Assembly (NCBI GenBank): GCA_977017645.1
Contig: OZ360243.1
Span: forward strand, 18,042,001-18,106,000
From: Torpedo marmorata
Taxonomy: Eukaryota
Direction of reading: 5' to 3'
Length of the DNA: 64,000 nucleotides
In this document: piece by piece, positions 11,975-24,016 of the stretch
How the letters are laid out: every line of letters starts with the position of its first letter
Position numbering within the stretch: the stretch's first letter is position 1
The notes under the pieces: generated by a model
The model's input: only the letters and a program-made list of their open reading frames with translations
The model's database searches: none
What the model was told of the DNA's origin: nothing
Program-made: the position numbers and the translations under genes

Positions 11975-12179
11975 TATCAGCAGCACCTTAATGGATATGG
12001 ACAGTACTATCTCCAGTGGACGCTCTACTCCAGCGCTGATAAATGGTCACGGAAGCACTACTTCAGGAAAGAGTATCACTTACAACTGCTGTTGGGACCA
12101 ATGCCAGACCAGTTTCTGCTCCAGTCCAGATTTGGCAGACCACATCCGATCAATTCATGTGGATGGGCAACGTGGAGGG
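11975..12179 (+). CDS. aebp2: AEBP2 coding exon (human exon 2 equivalent): [21 protein letters not shown]...[34 protein letters not shown]2H2 finger 1
   Basis: Acceptor TTTCTCTTCAAAG, donor GGG|GTCTGT; peptide closely matches vertebrate AEBP2; ends phase 0, in frame with next exon. Confidence 0.95.
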
Positions 12180-13934
12180 GTCTGTTTTTCTTTTTATTCC
12201 TATTCATTTGGATAGCTAAGTGCTGAGATAAAATGTAATTATCAGTCCATTAATAAGGCTCAGTGGAGTCAAAGCTTGAAATTTAATTTAGCAGTCAGTA
12301 ACTTACCAACTTTGTTCTTTTGTACAATTTAATTCCTGTTTAGATGTAGTTTTAGAAGATCTAGGGTTACTGATTATGGGTTTCTCATCTTATTTTTGAT
12401 TTGATATTCTAAATTTGCTTTCAATGAAATCTGCCAAATTCATTTTTGGGGTTGCAGGTGTTAAATGATTAAGAAATACGTTGATTTGGTTGTCTCTCAT
12501 GGCAAAACATGTGTTGTAAAGCCACGTAGTCCTGTGTGAAGGACCAAGTGAGTAGCATGTTCTGTGGATGCTGTGTCATTTACTGGGAAGAATACAAGAT
12601 AATTACCGTAGTCAAACTGAAAGATTGAATTTCAAACAATCTTTCGTGTGCTCCTTCATATAACCTCTGCCAAACTTTGTGCATCATTTTCTTCCTGCTA
12701 AAGTCTCTATTGTGGATATGTCATTGATGGCCCATTTAGCTACTGGATGCCTAAGTATTGTTTGATTTATTTTTGTATCCATTCTCCTTGAAGGGGAGTT
12801 TCAAATTTTTATCCTCCCTTTTCTTCAGGCTTTCTAAATGCAGTTACCTGCACGGAAAGTGTGTTTTTAAACAGAGTAACAATCCTGGACTAATTTCTAT
12901 CTAGTTGCTTGTCTGATTGCAATCTTTCAGTTGTAACTGCCCATGCAAACAAGAATAGCTACTAATGTTCTATGAAGATTCAGTAACTTGAATCAATATG
13001 TTCTACCAAATTGTATTTAAAATTTAAGTTGAAATTTATCCCTATCCTGAAATTCCTCTTGATATGCATGCACTGAGCGAAGTTGCTTGAGTTGTTGCAC
13101 AACCAGCCAAACATTGTGTTTGCCTTGCACTTCATGACTTTTGCCTTGTAGAAGCATTTGAAGAGTCAGATAGTGAGTCTTTCACCACGGGGCGCCTGGC
13201 CCTTTTTCTGTCTTAGTGATGGTATTTAAAGGTTACTTGGTTTCTGGATCTATGAGGCTGATGCAGCAAATGGCATTATAATTCATGTGGAAGAATGTTT
13301 GCATTTTAGCTACAAGCACTTCACATTGCTGGAGGTGAAGTGGAGATCTTAGCTGTGCTGCTGATTACTTATGACACGGTGTCTTGAATTATCTGACAAT
13401 TGTGTTCCAAATGCTTTCCCTCAAAAACTGGGGTTTAAATTGTTTTTGAATGTTTAACAAAAAGGCAAAATGGGAAATAGCATTTTCTAGTTAGATGGGC
13501 AAAGTTAAATTTATTTTTAGGATTGTCTTCAAAAATTTTCTGAAATTAAACCTTGAGGCGAATAGATGTGAAATTTCTGCTTATGGATTGTTTGATGTCA
13601 TTCACCTAAAATTAGCACAAGTAGTGCAAAAGGTATTTCAATTTTAAAAGCAGATTAGATCCAATGCTAATCAAATCTCTGCATTCAACATTGTGCTGGA
13701 AGGGAATCTCACTCAAAACTGGCAGTACCCCATAAATTGCTCACAACTTGTGTTTATGGATAGTGGTGTTATTTGGAGGATTTGAAAAGAATAAGCCAAT
13801 TCTCTTCTAATCAAGAATACACATTGGATACATTAAACTGTTTACTGTATCCTAATATAATTATCCTGAAATAAAATAAAATAATTTATAAAGACTTGTA
13901 TGCATTAACATTTTTAACTTCAGTTAAAAATTGT

Positions 13935-14151
13935 TGAGTCATTGTACCTTTGACCTGATGTGTCCATGTCAATGCTTTAGACCATTTGCACTAATCCTAT
14001 ATGCCTGCATAGATCTATTTCCTTCTATGCCATATTTAAGTGCCCATCTAAATGTGTCTTAAATGTAGAGTGTATCAGCAAGTTCCAGATATCAAACATT
14101 TAAAAAAAAAACTCTTTAAAATGCCTTCCTCTCATCTCGCCTTAAATCTAT
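13935..14151 (-). mobile_element. Old CR1 3' fragment, left part (interrupted by the TIR element at 14152)
   Basis: CR1-like sequence (..CTCTCATCTCGCCTTAAATCTAT) that resumes after 17342 (..CCCTCAGCCTC..CCAGAACTGCATGCAATTCCTCAAG). Confidence 0.55.
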
Positions 14152-15852
14152 AGCCCCTTTCACATTGGCAAACCATTAAATTGGCAGGTGAACGAACCGT
14201 TTTGAAATACCGGTAGGGCTGTTCACACTGGACCAAGAAAACCCGGTTCCATGCGCCCTTTCACATTGCCTACCCGGTATCGCGGAGCAAAGGGGGACCC
14301 AGCCTCCAGCGATGACGTTCTGAGTGACGTATTACGTTCTCACAGGCAGTGAATGCTTTATTTTATACACCTCACTCCAGCCTCTCACTCTCGAGTATGT
14401 TCCCACACGTCGCAGGGATTTCCCGTCCCCGCGGTGGGGTCACGGGGGATGCGCAGAAACATACCAGGAAGTTTCCAGTCAGGGGTGGCTGATAGACATT
14501 GTTGAAACCGCGGTCACAGGAGGCAAAGTCGAAGATGGCAATGACGGCACGCTGGCATCTGGCTGGGTTGGAGGAGCCGCTGAAGGTGACGGTGGTGCCA
14601 GGGGAGTGATCAGCTGGCTGCACGTTCTTGGTGCAGGGACCTTCGAGGACGTGGCTCTGGGAGATGAAGATGTTGTAGCCCAGGGGCAGGCAGGGGCTAA
14701 CGGCACTTCTGTTGGAACCCTGAGACTGCCGGAGGCACAGATGGATCAGTCCCCCTCTCCAATCCCCAGCCAATATGGGCACACCCCCCCCCCCCCAAAA
14801 CACCCAACCGCAGGAGGATAATGAAGCAGATAAAATCCTTGAAGAAAATAACAAACAATAAAGATGACTGAATCTCAAATTTAGTTGGGTACATTCTTGC
14901 AGAACTTTTGAAGTATACTTTAATTCAGTTGTTTAAATTGTGCGCGTATTTTCCCACAATCAGGAAACAGATGAACGCAGTTTTGTAGTAAATGATTTTA
15001 TTTACAAAAGATGGGCGTGGGAAAATGGTAACGGGATAACACACACAGACACACACACACACACCCTAGATTTGACACTAGGTCTGCCAGATTGGGAGGA
15101 CAATCACAAAGCATAAAGATTTAACACTAGGTCTACCAGATTGTGAGCAAGCTGGTCTGTGGGTTTGTCCTCATTTTGAACAGTCTGAAGCCCACCGCCC
15201 TGCTCCCCCACTGACAGCCCGCCACCAGCCCCCAACGATAGGTAGCGGTGATTAGAAAGGGATTACTTAAGATGGTATGTGAGTGGAAAGAAAAAGTTTG
15301 AAATCCACTTCTATGGATCAATACTTGCAGTAGATTTTCCCACGCTCTTTTATACATTGTGCGCGTATGTCTTATTAAATTGTGCGCGTTTTTTCCCACG
15401 CACTTTTATACATTGTGCGCGTATGTGTTTTATTCCCGCTATGATTTTCCCACGCTTTTCTATTATTTGTTGTGTGTTTTTGATAGCAAACCCTTGTGTC
15501 CAGACTCGTCTCTCACGGACCTAACACTTTCTCAACATGACAATGACCAGTGCGGGGACCGACAGCGTTACTGTCGGCGTTACTCACCATTATCACCCTG
15601 ATTTCAACCTGGCATATAAGACCGGGGGAATATTTTTAAGCCATTTTTTTGGAAAAACAAGTGGGTCTAACATGCCGTCACATACGGCTTGCTGTGTAAA
15701 AAGACGCACTGACCCGGAAAAATGTCGGCTTTGTTCGTTTCAGTGCGACCAATGCCGGCATATCGGAAGCTCTTCATAACGGAAAAATCACGCAAATGCT
15801 GTGTAAAAAATAATAAATAAATAAATAGAAAGAAAGTAAATATATATATATA

Positions 15853-17048
15853 CCGTATATTTCGGCGTATAAGTCGACCGGCAGATAAGTCGACCCCCCT
15901 TTTTCAGCCTCATTTTAATGGTTTTATGGTATATCTGGCGTATAAGTCGACCCCCAAAAATCGTGATGCCTGAGATGTTGCGCATTGACCGGCGTATAGG
16001 TCGACCCCCAATTTTCAGGCTGTCTGGGCCTCCCAGCAACAACCCAAAATTTGTTACAACATCCCAATCGCCAAGTAACAAAGCTGTAAATTAAGCAAGT
16101 ACCGGTAAGTAAAAAAAAACAGTAAAATAAACCTTTGCTTCTGGCCGGGAAGATGCACGTGCGGCGACGTCTTTCTCCTGAGCAGTAGCGGGGAGCTCGT
16201 TCTCCTGAGCAGTAGTGGGGACTCATTCTCCCGAGCAGGAGCGGGGACGTCTTTCTCCCAAGCAGGAGCGGGGAGCTCGTTCTCCCGAGCAGGAGCGGGG
16301 AGCTCGTTCTCCCGAGCAGGAGCGGGGACTCGTTCTCCCGAGCAGGAGCGGGGACTCGTTCTCCCGAGCAGGAGCGGGGACTCGTTCTCCCGAGCAGGAG
16401 CGGGGAGCTCGTTCTCCCGAGCAGGAGCGGGGACGTCGTTCTCCCGGGCAGGCATGGGGACTCGTTCTCCCGGGCAGGAGCGGGGAGCTCGTTCTCCCGA
16501 GCAGGAGCGGGGACGTCTTTCTCCCAAGCAGGAGCGGGGAGCTCGTTCTCCAGAGCAGGAGCGGGGAGCTCGTTCTCCAGAGCAGGAGCGGGGACGTCGT
16601 TCTCCCGGGCAGGTGCGGGGAGCTCGTTCTCCCGGGCAGGAGCGGGGAGCTCGTTCTCCTGAGCAGGAGCGGGGAGCTCATTCTCCCGGGTAGGAGCGTG
16701 GACCTCGGGCTCTACAATTGTAGAATGTCTGGGTGGTTTATGGCGGCGCCCGGCGGTGGGGAGGTGTCGTAGAGAGACGGCGCCGGCGGTGGAGAGGTGT
16801 CGTAGAGAGGCGGCGCCGGCGGTGGAGAGGCGCTTCCAGGGTCGACCTATACGCTGAATCGTGTTTTCAGGGGTCGTATTATACGCCGAATCGTGTTTTC
16901 AGGGGTCGACTTATACGCCGAATCGGCGTGAACTCGATTTTGAGCTGATTTTAAGGTCTCAAAAGTATATCTGGCGTATAAGTCGACCCCCGTTTTTTGA
17001 GACATTTTTGAGGGTTTCAAGGGTCGACTTATACGCCGAAATATACGG
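15853..17048 (+). mobile_element. Tc2/pogo-like MITE, copy 2 (expanded minisatellite)
   Basis: Perfect TIR CCGTATATTTCGGCGTATAAGTCGAC / GTCGACTTATACGCCGAAATATACGG, TA TSD inside a (TA)n tract. Confidence 0.95.
16181..16700. repeat. GC-rich minisatellite, ~19 units of 26-28 nt (GCAGGAGCGGGGAGCTCGTTCTCCCGA)
   Basis: Head-to-tail repeats with no spacers; source of the repetitive ORFs (ENELPAPAR, RSPEQERGA). Confidence 0.95.
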
Positions 17049-17342
17049 TATATTTATTTATTTTTTGCTCTTTCCATTCCCTGCGTCTTTTAACAACCTC
17101 CCACGCACGCAAGAACGTCATCATCACGTCACTAATGGGACCCGGCATACTGGGTCGCCCGTTCACATTGGGTGACCCGGTATGCCAATTTGAAATGGAT
17201 CGGCAATGATACTACCTCCCGAGGTGGTTAATTCCCGGGTCGATTTGGACCCCCCATACCAGTTTGGGAGCATTCACACTGGCAGGTGAACCGGTAAATT
17301 GCCGGTTAATTACTGGGTTTAAGTGCCAGTGTGAAAGGGGCT

Positions 17343-17810
17343 TTTTCTCTCCCATGGAAAGTGTATCAGTAAAAAAAAAAAGAGAGATTCCGGCTACCCT
17401 ATTGAGGCCTCATACCTCCATCTCATCATCCCTCAGCCTCTTTTACTCCACAGAAAACAAACCCAGTCTCTTCCCATAACCAAAGACCATATCTGGGAGC
17501 ATCGTGGTGAATCACCTCCAGCTCAAACATCCTTATCGTGTGGCAACCAGAACTGCATGCAATTCCTCAAGTACAGTTTAATTGGTGTTTTGTAATGTTG
17601 CAATATAATGTCCCAACTTTTGTATTCTGTGCTTGAGCCTGTGAAGGAGAGTGTGCCAAATGCTCTCTTCGCCATCCTGTCTACCCCTGTTGCTACTTTT
17701 GGGGATCGATGGACTTAAACCCTCTGTTCATCAACATAGCTTTTGCCCCCTTTTATTTACTGTTTCTGTCTTATTCCTCTTCCCAAAATGCATCACCTCA
17801 CACTTGTCAA
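17343..17810 (-). mobile_element. Old CR1 fragment, right part
   Basis: Degenerate CR1 RT C-terminal sequence (CCAGAACTGCATGCAAT.., CCCAAAATGCATCACCTCACACTT). Confidence 0.6.
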
Positions 17811-17893
17811 GATTGGTATATAAAATCATGAGGGGCAAATAGTTATGTTTTTCCCAGCAGAGGGGAGTCTATAATTAGACTATATAGGTGTGT

Positions 17894-18566
17894 CATCTTC
17901 ATTCATTATTGCAATTTAAAGTCTTACATCGAGCTCACTATTCCAAAGTTCAATTGGCTAAATTTTATTCTAATTTCTCATCAAAATGTGATAGATGTAA
18001 GACTGAAGAAGGTACATTATTTCATATGTTTTGGGCATGTTCCTCGCTTTCCAATTATTGGGAAAGTATTTTCCATACCTTGTCTTTAGTTCTTAATATT
18101 AATTTGGCTTCTAACCCTTTTCTAGCTCTATTTGGAATAAGTAAGTCAGCTGATTTAAATTTATCTAGGCTACAATCCCATGTAGTTGCCTTTGCTCTCC
18201 TTATTGCCAGAAGAGCTAATGAGATGGAAGGATGCTGTCCCTCCTACACATACTCAATGGTTATCTGATGTGATGGCATGCTTGACTCTGGAAAAAATCA
18301 GATGCTCTACTAATGAAATGAACCTTAATTTTCTAAACTTATGGGGTCCTTTCCTTAATTATTATCAGAATTTATAAGATTATTGGATCCCATTTTATGG
18401 TTTGGTTGTTTTTTCTTTCATACATTAGTGGAACATATATGTTTAATCATAACTTCACAAGGGAGGGGTTAGATTATTAGAGTAGTTTTATTAGAGTAGT
18501 TATATATATATATATATATATACTGCTCATACATAGGTATAAACATACAATAAAAATATTGGAAAG
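17894..18566 (+). mobile_element. 5'-truncated L1/Tx1-clade LINE 3' end inserted into a + strand CR1 fragment (17812-18820)
   Basis: QFKVLHR...KCDRCKTEEGTLFHMFWAC (C-terminal zinc knuckle), AATAAA near the end, perfect 17-bp TSD AGACTATATAGGTGTGT at 17877-17893 and 18567-18583. Confidence 0.9.
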
Positions 18567-18999
18567 AGACTATATAGGTGTGTGAGGAGAACAATTTTTA
18601 AAAGGGAGCTAAGAGGCACCTTTTTTCCACACACAAGACAGGTTTGTTGATGGTTGCCAGAGGAAATGGTAAAGCCAAGTATGATTGAAACATTTAAAAG
18701 ACATTTCAACAGGTTTGCGGATAGGAAAGGTTTTGAGGGTTATGGGACTGGCTTAGGTAGACAGCTTCATTGACATGAACAAGTTGGGCTAAAGGGCCTG
18801 TTTCTGTGCTTGCTCTGACTCCAGCATCCATCTGACAGTGCTCCCCCTGACTTTATACCTGATCAAAATCCTGCTGGAATTTTAGACAATCTTCTTTGCT
18901 CTCCACAGCAGTTCATGTCATCTCCAAAGTTACTAATCATAACTCCTATATTTGCATCCAAATTGGTCATTTGCATCACAAACAGGTCCTAGCGCCTGG

Positions 19000-19320
19000 C
19001 AAAAGTGAACTGCTAGAAGAACTCTGGGTTCACCTGCACCTCTGGAGGAAGAGAGATTGTAAGCGTTTTGGTTGGAGACTCTGCATCAGGGCTGAGAGTG
19101 TAAAGGGGAGATGCCCAGTATAAAGAAGTGAGATTGGAAGGCTGAGGCAAGTGATAGGTAGAACTAGGTGAAAGGGGTTGCAAATTGACCCAGATGGGGG
19201 AGAGACAGGTGGAGATGGCAACTGAGGCTATGAGGTGATAAGTGGAGACCACGGCATGCACTTTATAGAATCTGATAAGAAAGGAAGGTAATGAGGGGAA
19301 CCAGATGAAGGAGGGATGGT
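19000..19320 (-). mobile_element. Degenerate Penelope-like terminal repeat fragment
   Basis: Minus strand reads ..CCCTGATGCAGAGTCTCCAACCAAAACG.., a decayed version of the hammerhead-bearing terminus seen at 37612 and 40678. Confidence 0.5.
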
Positions 19321-19489
19321 GGATGTTTTTAGTTTGCATCTGGAAAGGAGTTTGAAAGTATGGGATAACGTATTAGATAAAAGGATCTCTTTTGTTTCAC
19401 ATACATATTGTGTAATTTAAATGTACATTTTGGCTTTGGTTTGGATTTCCCTTTTGCCTGAAATGTTTCATTAGTTCTCTCGGTATGAT

Positions 19490-20045
19490 GGCATTCGCAG
19501 TACTAGAGGCGATTTCAGTTGAGGAATGCTTTGTAAAATTTGAGGCTTGTTGATAACACAAACCAGGAGTACAGGAAGAAAGGATGTCTTGTTCCAGTTA
19601 TGCAGGGCCTTTAAGACACCACCAAGAGAACTGTGGTTTCCATCTCCTCGCCTTAGAAAAGATGTGATCTGAAGATAATAAAAGGATGGTGGAACCACCA
19701 TATGAGTTTAGAAGAATGAGAGGGGATCTAATTGAAATGTACTAAATTTCAACAGGGTTAGACAAACTGGATGAGGAAGATGGTTTCCCTTTGCTGGAGT
19801 GCTGAGAAATAATTGTATTGGGATAAGATGTTTGTGACTGAGATGAGGATAAATTTCTTCTTTCAAATGGTGGTGAACCTGTGGAATTTGTTACCACAAG
19901 GCTGTGAAGCCACAGTGAATATATTTGTGGAGGTGGAAATCTCTTGACTAAACATGAAAGACACCAAGGGATACTGGGTAATAAGTCTATATTATAAGTG
20001 ATCAGTCATGATCACATAATTTTGAGAAGGCTCAGAGGGTCTATT
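19490..20045 (+). mobile_element. Old CR1 3' fragment
   Basis: TTTAGAAGAATGAGAGGGGATCTAATTGAAA and GAGATGAGGATAAATTTCTTC..GTGGTGAACCTGTGGAAT motifs as in the CR1 at 4775. Confidence 0.7.
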
Positions 20046-21988
20046 ATTTGTTCCTCATGCAGCTTACATCTTAAATTGTCATGTGATTAGTTGTAAATTG
20101 AAATCCTTTTTTGATATTGCATTCTGTCATGTATTTTGCTAAAAACAATCTTAGTGGAAGATGAAAAGATTACTTTGAACAAGCAAACTTTGAGGGAAAA
20201 TAAAACTTGAGGCATGCGAAGTCTTGTCTGAAATTGGTCGTGTGATCTTTTGGATATTTAATTATCAGGTCTTTGATATTCAAAGCTTGATTACAATTGT
20301 ACAAGTATTTCAGATTGATGAACAAATATCCTTCATACAAGTAACTTAAATCCTCAGTAGTGCTGGAGGACTCGCAGAATTTTCAGACTTTTGGGTGTGA
20401 CTCCTGTAAATATAAACTCTTATTTCACCCTTTTTTTTTGCATGTTACACAGTAATATAAAATTTACAGTTAATACAGTGAGTTGAAAGGAAGAAGAAAA
20501 TGTGCAAGTACTTGTGGTCCCAGCTCTGACAAATTATGCAGCCCTATGTCCAGACCTGTAGCTCCTGATGCTAGACCATCAAAATTTCTGAAAATAAGGT
20601 GCTGGGTGGTTGGATTTTAACTGTAATTGGGTTCCATGCTTGAGGGTCTGCTGAGAAACTATTTAATTTTGTTGCTGATATGCCAAAAAGCTCATCAACA
20701 TTGGGTAAAGTAGACGTCGAAGGGTTCTTAGTCCATAATTAGACTTAGTACCCTGCTCCCATCTATTCCTGCTGTTAGCCATCCTGCAGGCTCATCTGTA
20801 TATTGGGTCTAAGCTTTAGCAGTCTTGTGGTGTGTTCTGGATGGAGTCTGTTCCAATGTGATTTTTAAAAAAAGTACACCAGTTGAGTAACTGCTAAATT
20901 TATTCTGTAGGAGCACAGATCGCAACAAATCTAACTGTTCATTTAGTGGTTTAATAATATTGTTTCCCTTGTATTGGGTATGGCTAATTGTGAAGAATTG
21001 GCTGTTTCCATGTCTGGTCAGATGAATATGTCATGGTTTAAATGCAATTTTTTCCATTGAGATACTAGTGGCCATTGGATTGCCCGAGTGGCATTTTAAC
21101 TTTATAGAAAGCTCATAACTTGCATAGTAGCTAGATTATTACTATTGCTTGCCAAAAACACTCATCATTGCACAATAGCATTTTGTTTGAAATCATTTTC
21201 GTGTTTTCCTTCATCCCCAATTCTTAAAATACAAAGAGAATTGCCGAAGCAGCTTTTCTCTCAGCATTTTACAAATTGGCCAAATAATACTGAGAAATTA
21301 ATCAAGGTTTAATTTCATTTGTTTATGGGGAGCTTTTCATTTAAATTGATTTTGTATGTACAGAGAATGAATCCTAATATCCTTCAGTCATACTACCTAG
21401 CTGGTTATACAATGCAGTGCACTGATATTAACTGCTCTTTGTGGAAATCTAATGAATTATGCTTTATAAAAAGAATTGTCATCTATAATTCAGCCATTCC
21501 AAACCTGCAACTTTTTGAAGGTGGGCAGATCTGAAAGCCTGGTTGCTTTTCCAAGTTATTTAATTGTTCGGGTAACTTTCATCATGGTAAGATCTCTTGA
21601 ACAGCTATTCTCAGCTGATTTTTGGCTATGGCCCCCTTAGGACTCTGCTCAAAGTTTATGGGCCCCCTTCCTTGTGAAGCAGTCAAGTTTACTCTGTTTC
21701 TTCCGTACTTTTCTCCTACCGACTTCATAAAAAACATTGATTTGTATTTACCGGTACTTGAGGTTGGAAGTGACCTTGGAATTTTGATTGTTTTTGCTCG
21801 CTGAAATTCCTGAGGAGTTATTTCACCTCTTAACTCGTAGATACCTTTGTACATATTGAGGTGCCATGATAATCTGAGAAAGATGTCACTTTACTGAGGA
21901 TTGACAACCTTACTCATTTCATTAATTTTAAAGCAAAAGAATGTTTGAATCTTATGATGTTTCAAACATTGTAAACTTTGTTTTTCAG

Positions 21989-22096
21989 GTGTTTGTTTGC
22001 TTATGGAAAGGGTGTAAAGTGTACAACACGCCATCTACTAGTCAGAGCTGGCTTCAGAGGCATATGCTTACACATAGTGGAGACAAGCCATTTAAG
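21989..22096 (+). CDS. aebp2: AEBP2 coding exon (exon 3 equivalent): [37 protein letters not shown]2H2 finger 2
   Basis: TTTTTCAG| ... |GTAGGT, 108 nt, phase 0-0; peptide matches AEBP2. Confidence 0.97.
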
Positions 22097-23829
22097 GTAG
22101 GTATGAAAATATTACCCAAGCATAATGCAGAACAGCATGGATTCATTTTCTTGAATGAGTGAATGAGAACCTCTGTTTGTTTATGAATTATTAAAGGATG
22201 CTTGGAGATCCCAAAATGCTATTCCTTAATATTGAGTTTAAAAGTGGGTTTTGATTAAATGCGCAGATTATAATGTTTGAATATCAGCTTGCTTTTTGTC
22301 ACTGGCCAGCTTATCTGTAGATGTTGCAGAACTCCATATTGCTGGCTAAACATTTTTTTCAATTGCACTTGGTTAACATTCAAAGGAGTTTCCTTCCAGA
22401 GAGCTTGAAAGTATGTGTGGAAAGCTAAACCAAATTTTACAAATCTGAATGTTATACTAGCTAGGACTTTATTTAAAAAGCATCCATACATGACATATTT
22501 TGATATTCGATGGTGCAAGTCTGCTTGTTGTTCAGATCTGTTGCTTACTCTTGTGGCCAAGGGCTTCAACATGGAATGTATTGCAGAGCATTGAAATTAA
22601 AAGCCTAAGATAACCACAGCAGAATTAGTTCCTTGAACTTTGTGTTGTATATGAGCCATGGAATAAATAATTAACAAGATTATTTTATACTGTACATTGT
22701 TTCACAAGATGCTTCTTGAAGATGAGATTTTTGTGGATTGTTAAGACTTGTAACTGACATTAAAAAAAAAAAAAAAAAAAAAAAAACAACAACCAGTTGA
22801 TCCATGCAATAGAGTTTTCATAAATTGAGATTATGGCAGAGAGATTTTACTGGAATTTTGTCCATTTATCAATGTTCTACAATAGTTTAGTGGAGTATAA
22901 ATGCATGGTTGTAAATAGGTTTTAAATTGAAAACAGCATTATAACTCTAAAGTCGAACAGCCATTTAATAAACTGGCATTTGTTTCTGTTAAAACTGATG
23001 TAATTTTTTTCCCCATAGAATTTAGGAACAGGATTTTATTTTTCATTTATATTCTCCAACTAGTATGAATTTTAACTTGATGCTTTTTCAGCATAACACA
23101 CATCATAGATTTTTATTGGAGCCAGTTGCTAATTTTGTCTTGTGCTTGTCTGAATATGTTTTTGGGTTTCGTCACTCACATTAAGAGTTTATTCTATTGT
23201 TCTGGATTACCTCACCAGATAGTCCATCATATTTATGCGCTGATTCTTCCAAGATTTTAATGTGATCATATCTCAGACTCCCAAATTAATTCCTGACTGC
23301 ACAAATTGTCCTTGTCTCTGAGCTGCTTATATCCCAGTATTCAAGTTAAAGTAAGCAGTACATCTCCAAGTCCAAAACATCTGTCTTCCCCCTTTGATAT
23401 GTTCTGCAGAAGCATTAGATTGTCAGCATTCTACAAAGCTATGCCTTATCTCAATTTATACCTACCATGTTTCCAACTTGCCGATCAAGGCCACAGCATT
23501 AAATGTATATATTTTTTAATTACTTAGTTATATTTGCCAGTTTTGGAACATGCTTTTCATTTTTTATGCACAAATTGATTTTGTGGATAATTGCATGCAT
23601 ATGAGTTGGCATCCAGATGCATATTCAATAGCTTTCCAGTTTGCACAAGTGCTTAATCAATGTTTAATTTGCATCAAATAGTTTAGAACTGACGTGCTTA
23701 TTGAAGCATAGCTGGGTGGAGTGCAACACTTCAATTAATCTGTAGTTAATCAAGATGGTTGCATTTATCCAAATATTCAGAATTGTGCACAGGTTTTGTG
23801 GTGATTTTTATTTTCACTTTTCTTCTCAG

Positions 23830-24016
23830 TGTGTGGTTGGTGGGTGTACTGCTAGCTTTGCATCTCAAGGTGGCCTTGCTCGTCACGTCCCCACTCATTT
23901 CAGCCAACAAAACTCTGCAAAGGTCACAAGTCAGCCCAAGGTCAAAGAGGAGTCCCCTTCGAAAGCAGTAATGAATAAACGAAGGAGGCTAAAAAATAAG
24001 CGGCGACGTTCACTGC
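23830..24016 (+). CDS. aebp2: AEBP2 coding exon (exon 4 equivalent): [24 protein letters not shown]...[16 protein letters not shown]2H2 finger 3 and basic KR-rich motif
   Basis: TTCTCAG| ... C|GTAAGT, 187 nt, phase 0-1. Confidence 0.97.

Larger units (their letters stand above)
14152..17342. mobile_element. Harbinger-like TIR element (non-autonomous) containing a nested Tc2-like MITE
   Basis: TIR AGCCCCTTTCACATTGGCA ... TGCCAGTGTGAAAGGGGCT, with repeated subterminal TTCACA(C/T)TG motifs at both ends. Confidence 0.8.

Noticed and set aside
16181-16700. CRISPR-like array of ~27-nt repeats
   Set aside because: Units are contiguous with no unique spacers, there are no cas genes, the context is a vertebrate intron, and the array lies inside a MITE: a minisatellite.
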